A DNA stretch of 45,682 bases. It comes from a virus (Duplodnaviria; Caudoviricetes). The position numbers and the translations under genes were made by a program. Location: IMG/VR virus record IMGVR_UViG_3300050196_000504, positions 1 through 45,682 of that record. One strand, 5' to 3'. The first letter of the stretch is position 1. Each line of letters starts with the position of its first letter. The notes under the pieces are model-generated. The model was not told the origin of the DNA, did no database searches, and worked only from the letters and a program-made list of their open reading frames with translations. Below are positions 43,407 through 45,682 of this stretch, piece by piece.

Positions 43407-43852
43407 ACATCAAGCCATTAATTGCAGAACTGCGGCGAGACGAAGGCGTGCGGTACACGATCTACGCCGACACGAAGGGCATTCCGACTGTTGGTGTAGG
43501 CCACAACTGCCGCTCCAAGCCGCTGCCGGTCGGCTGGCATTGTCCGCTGACCGACGCTCAAGTCGATCAACTGCTGGACGGAGACCTGCAGGAGACCTTT
43601 GCCGGGCTCGATGCCCATCTGCCGTGGTGGCGAAAGCTCGACGAGGTGCGCCAGCGCGTGGTAGCGAACATGGCGTTCAATCTCGGGGTTGGGACGCTGC
43701 TCGCATTTCATAACACCCTGGCTGCTATCCAGTCCGGCAGGTACGGCGACGCAGCTAACGGTATGAAGGCCAGCGCGTGGTTTAAACAAGTCGGGGTCAG
43801 GGCCGAGCGTCTGTGCCAGGCCATGGCCACCGGTGTAATGCCTTCCGCCTAA
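43403..43852 (+). CDS. endolysin (T4-lysozyme-like, GH24)
   Basis: LRRDEG...YADTKGIPTVGVGHN (E-D-T triad), NMAFNLG, SAWFKQVG.RA.RL. Confidence 0.93.
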   Translation: MNIKPLIAELRRDEGVRYTIYADTKGIPTVGVGHNCRSKPLPVGWHCPLTDAQVDQLLDGDLQETFAGLDAHLPWWRKLDEVRQRVVANMAFNLGVGTLLAFHNTLAAIQSGRYGDAANGMKASAWFKQVGVRAERLCQAMATGVMPSA

Positions 43853-43918
43853 AATTTTGCTTACTTTTCTAATTGCCAACAGCTGCCTCCGGGCGGTTTT
43901 TTCATTTCAGGAGGCAGA

Positions 43919-44485
43919 ATGTCTGTACCAAATAATGAGCACGAGAAGCGCGATACGCTGACAGAAGACGTGTTCTACCCCGCGCATCCACCGCGCACTG
44001 AGTCGCCAACGTTTAAGCACACCAAGGCGGCAGGGCACAAAGCGCAGCTGCCGTGTGCGATATCCGGCCAGGTCATTGGCACGGAGTATCACCATCTGTT
44101 TTGTGAGTGGGCATTCTCTGGGGCTGTCGATTGGATCAAGGTAAAAGCCATTGCCTTGGGCGAAATCACCGTTCTGCCCGTACTGGATCTAACTACCGAT
44201 CAGCCGACAGACGCGACTTTCGATGCTAAGCACTCTCTGGTCTGGATGCTATGCAAGCTGGCAGAGGCTCGCGGCTTCGACTGGCATGCCTTTGACCCGG
44301 CCAAGCCCGAAACCTTTATCGACAGCATGGAAAACATGCTGGTGCTGCATTCCAAATTCCACCGCCACAAAAATCACGGCATCCATGAAATGTCGTTCCC
44401 TGAGTGGATTTTCCAAGCGTTCCCGCGTGTGGCCGGGTTCGTGTTTACCCCTGATGAGGAAGTCGATAATGCAAAAGCTGCTTGA
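43919..44485 (+). CDS. His-rich HNH-like hypothetical protein in the lysis cassette
   Basis: CAISG...EYHH, and NMLVLHSKFHRHKNHGIH. Confidence 0.6.
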   Translation: MSVPNNEHEKRDTLTEDVFYPAHPPRTESPTFKHTKAAGHKAQLPCAISGQVIGTEYHHLFCEWAFSGAVDWIKVKAIALGEITVLPVLDLTTDQPTDATFDAKHSLVWMLCKLAEARGFDWHAFDPAKPETFIDSMENMLVLHSKFHRHKNHGIHEMSFPEWIFQAFPRVAGFVFTPDEEVDNAKAA

Positions 44486-44750
44486 TGTGAAGTTCTTATC
44501 CGCTGTTGCCATCCTGCTGATCTGGTTTGCCCTGGTACTGCTGGGCAAGGCCCCGGCAGAGCAGTTCATCTACGCACTGGAGTCGGTGCTGGCCAGCCTG
44601 GGGATCTTCCACGCTGCAACATCGTATCAGCGTGCCGATGTCTCTCAGACCAGCACCGTCGCCCAGGTCGCTAATGCAGTCGGTACGATGGCAGCGGCAG
44701 AGGTGGCTAAGGACGTGTCTGCAGCATCGGCCGGAGAGACTGCACAATGA
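44469..44750 (+). CDS. holin-like 2-TM protein
   Basis: FLSAVAILLIWFALVLLG and FIYALESVLASLGIF, between endolysin and spanins. Confidence 0.65.
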   Translation: MQKLLDVKFLSAVAILLIWFALVLLGKAPAEQFIYALESVLASLGIFHAATSYQRADVSQTSTVAQVANAVGTMAAAEVAKDVSAASAGETAQ

Positions 44751-45142
44751 ACCTGATCCCGACATGGGCCAAGTTGGCCGCTGCTGGCGTGTTGCTGGTG
44801 GCGGCTTTTTTCTTTGGCTGGGTAACGAGAGGCTGGCGGGCGGATGCGGTTGATAGTAGGGCGGTTGTTAGCCAGGTGCAGAAGGCGGCTGATGTGACTC
44901 AGCACCAGCAGGCGGTAACCGTGAAAGTGGATGCCAGCGCAACGGCGCAGGCCGAGCAGACACAGATCGTCTATCGAACGATCGACAGGGAGGTGGTGCG
45001 ATATGTGGACAAAGGGACTGGCAGTAATTGTGTGCTTGATCGTGAGTGGGTGCGGCTCCATGACGAAGCCGCCAGCGGCAAGCTATCCGATGCCTCCGGC
45101 GCAACTCATGCTGCCGGCACACAAGCTGGTAGCGATCGGTAA
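44747..45142 (+). CDS. i-spanin (Rz-like)
   Basis: N-terminal TM, periplasmic helix, C-terminal CVLDREWVRLHD. Confidence 0.8.
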   Translation: MNLIPTWAKLAAAGVLLVAAFFFGWVTRGWRADAVDSRAVVSQVQKAADVTQHQQAVTVKVDASATAQAEQTQIVYRTIDREVVRYVDKGTGSNCVLDREWVRLHDEAASGKLSDASGATHAAGTQAGSDR

Positions 45143-45260
45143 ACCGGTACCGGCCAAACAGGCCCTGCCGGTGATTACGGGAAATTATGAGAATTGCCGG
45201 GTAGGGCTGGACAGGCTGGGGCAACTGCAGGATTGGGTGATGGGGCAAGTGGGGAAATGA
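45003..45260 (+). CDS. o-spanin lipoprotein (Rz1-like)
   Basis: MWTKGLAVIVCLIVSG-C lipobox, Pro-rich, C..RL..LQDWV; overlaps Rz. Confidence 0.8.
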   Translation: MWTKGLAVIVCLIVSGCGSMTKPPAASYPMPPAQLMLPAHKLVAIGKPVPAKQALPVITGNYENCRVGLDRLGQLQDWVMGQVGK

Positions 45261-45682
45261 GTAAATATCTCTCGGAGCTTAAGACCACATGCGTAGATGA
45301 TCTGGCAGCTTCCGGGCGTGGCATCTGGCGGATTGATGAACCGTTTCTGTATCAGTCAGACGTGCTCGGCGGGCGCGTGCTCATTATTGAGGCCGGGTTT
45401 CTTACCGACTATGCAAGCGTTCCACGTGTGCCATTGGCCTACCTGCTATTTGGCGATACGTGCCACAAGGGCGCAGTAGTCCACGACTGGCTCTACCACC
45501 ATCATGATGTTTGTAGCGAGGAAACGGCAAACCTTGTTCTGCTTGAGGCTGCAGAAGCCGAAGGGGTGCCCCGGTGGCGGAGGAGAGGGCTATATCTCGG
45601 AGTAAAACTTGGCGGTCGATCAAGCTGGGATCTTGATGGCATGAGCAACGGCCATAGCCTCGTAAACGGGGTGATCGTGTGA
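45257..45682 (+). CDS. DUF1353 protein
   Basis: GFLTDYASVPR, AVVHDWLY, GVPRWRR..LYLGVKLGG. Confidence 0.85.
   Translation: MSKYLSELKTTCVDDLAASGRGIWRIDEPFLYQSDVLGGRVLIIEAGFLTDYASVPRVPLAYLLFGDTCHKGAVVHDWLYHHHDVCSEETANLVLLEAAEAEGVPRWRRRGLYLGVKLGGRSSWDLDGMSNGHSLVNGVIV

Noticed and set aside
1-45682. Integrase/att site, luxI synthase, reverse transcriptase, cas genes
   Set aside because: None recognised in the window; they may lie outside it.

Overview
The window holds most of a lambdoid-organised temperate phage or prophage with a contractile (myo-type) tail. The host is probably a betaproteobacterium; the LuxR gene resembles Chromobacterium CviR. No integrase or att site is visible, and the left arm is cut at base 1. 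Left to right: (1) a leftward early operon with two DUF1566/CLec-like genes, RdgC, SSB, a YqaJ exonuclease and Erf; (2) a long structured pL leader containing a tRNA-like element; (3) an XRE - LuxR(AHL receptor) - small ORF module; (4) low-GC immunity-region morons; (5) cI/cro with TTACC-N5-GGTAA operators; (6) a Rha/KilAC antirepressor, a replication initiator with iterons, DnaC, nin-type genes (including a T5 A1-like metallophosphoesterase) and Q with pR'; (7) an anti-defence island; (8) packaging, head, tail, baseplate, fibre and lysis genes. The main highlight is the island at 19.87-22.12 kb. It has two tandem, independently promoted reverse-strand cassettes, one with an AcrIE9-like gene and one with an AcrIE4-like gene. 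Each ends in a GGxRxGAGRK + RHH-like regulator (candidate new Aca type), and one regulator is fused to an unknown domain (candidate new Acr). A Tad2/DUF2829 fusion gene follows. Other highlights are a phage-borne quorum-sensing receptor paired with an XRE protein whose C-terminus resembles that of the non-cleavable CI, and a possible orphan DGR target. All family assignments come from motif recognition or recalled sequences, not from database searches.
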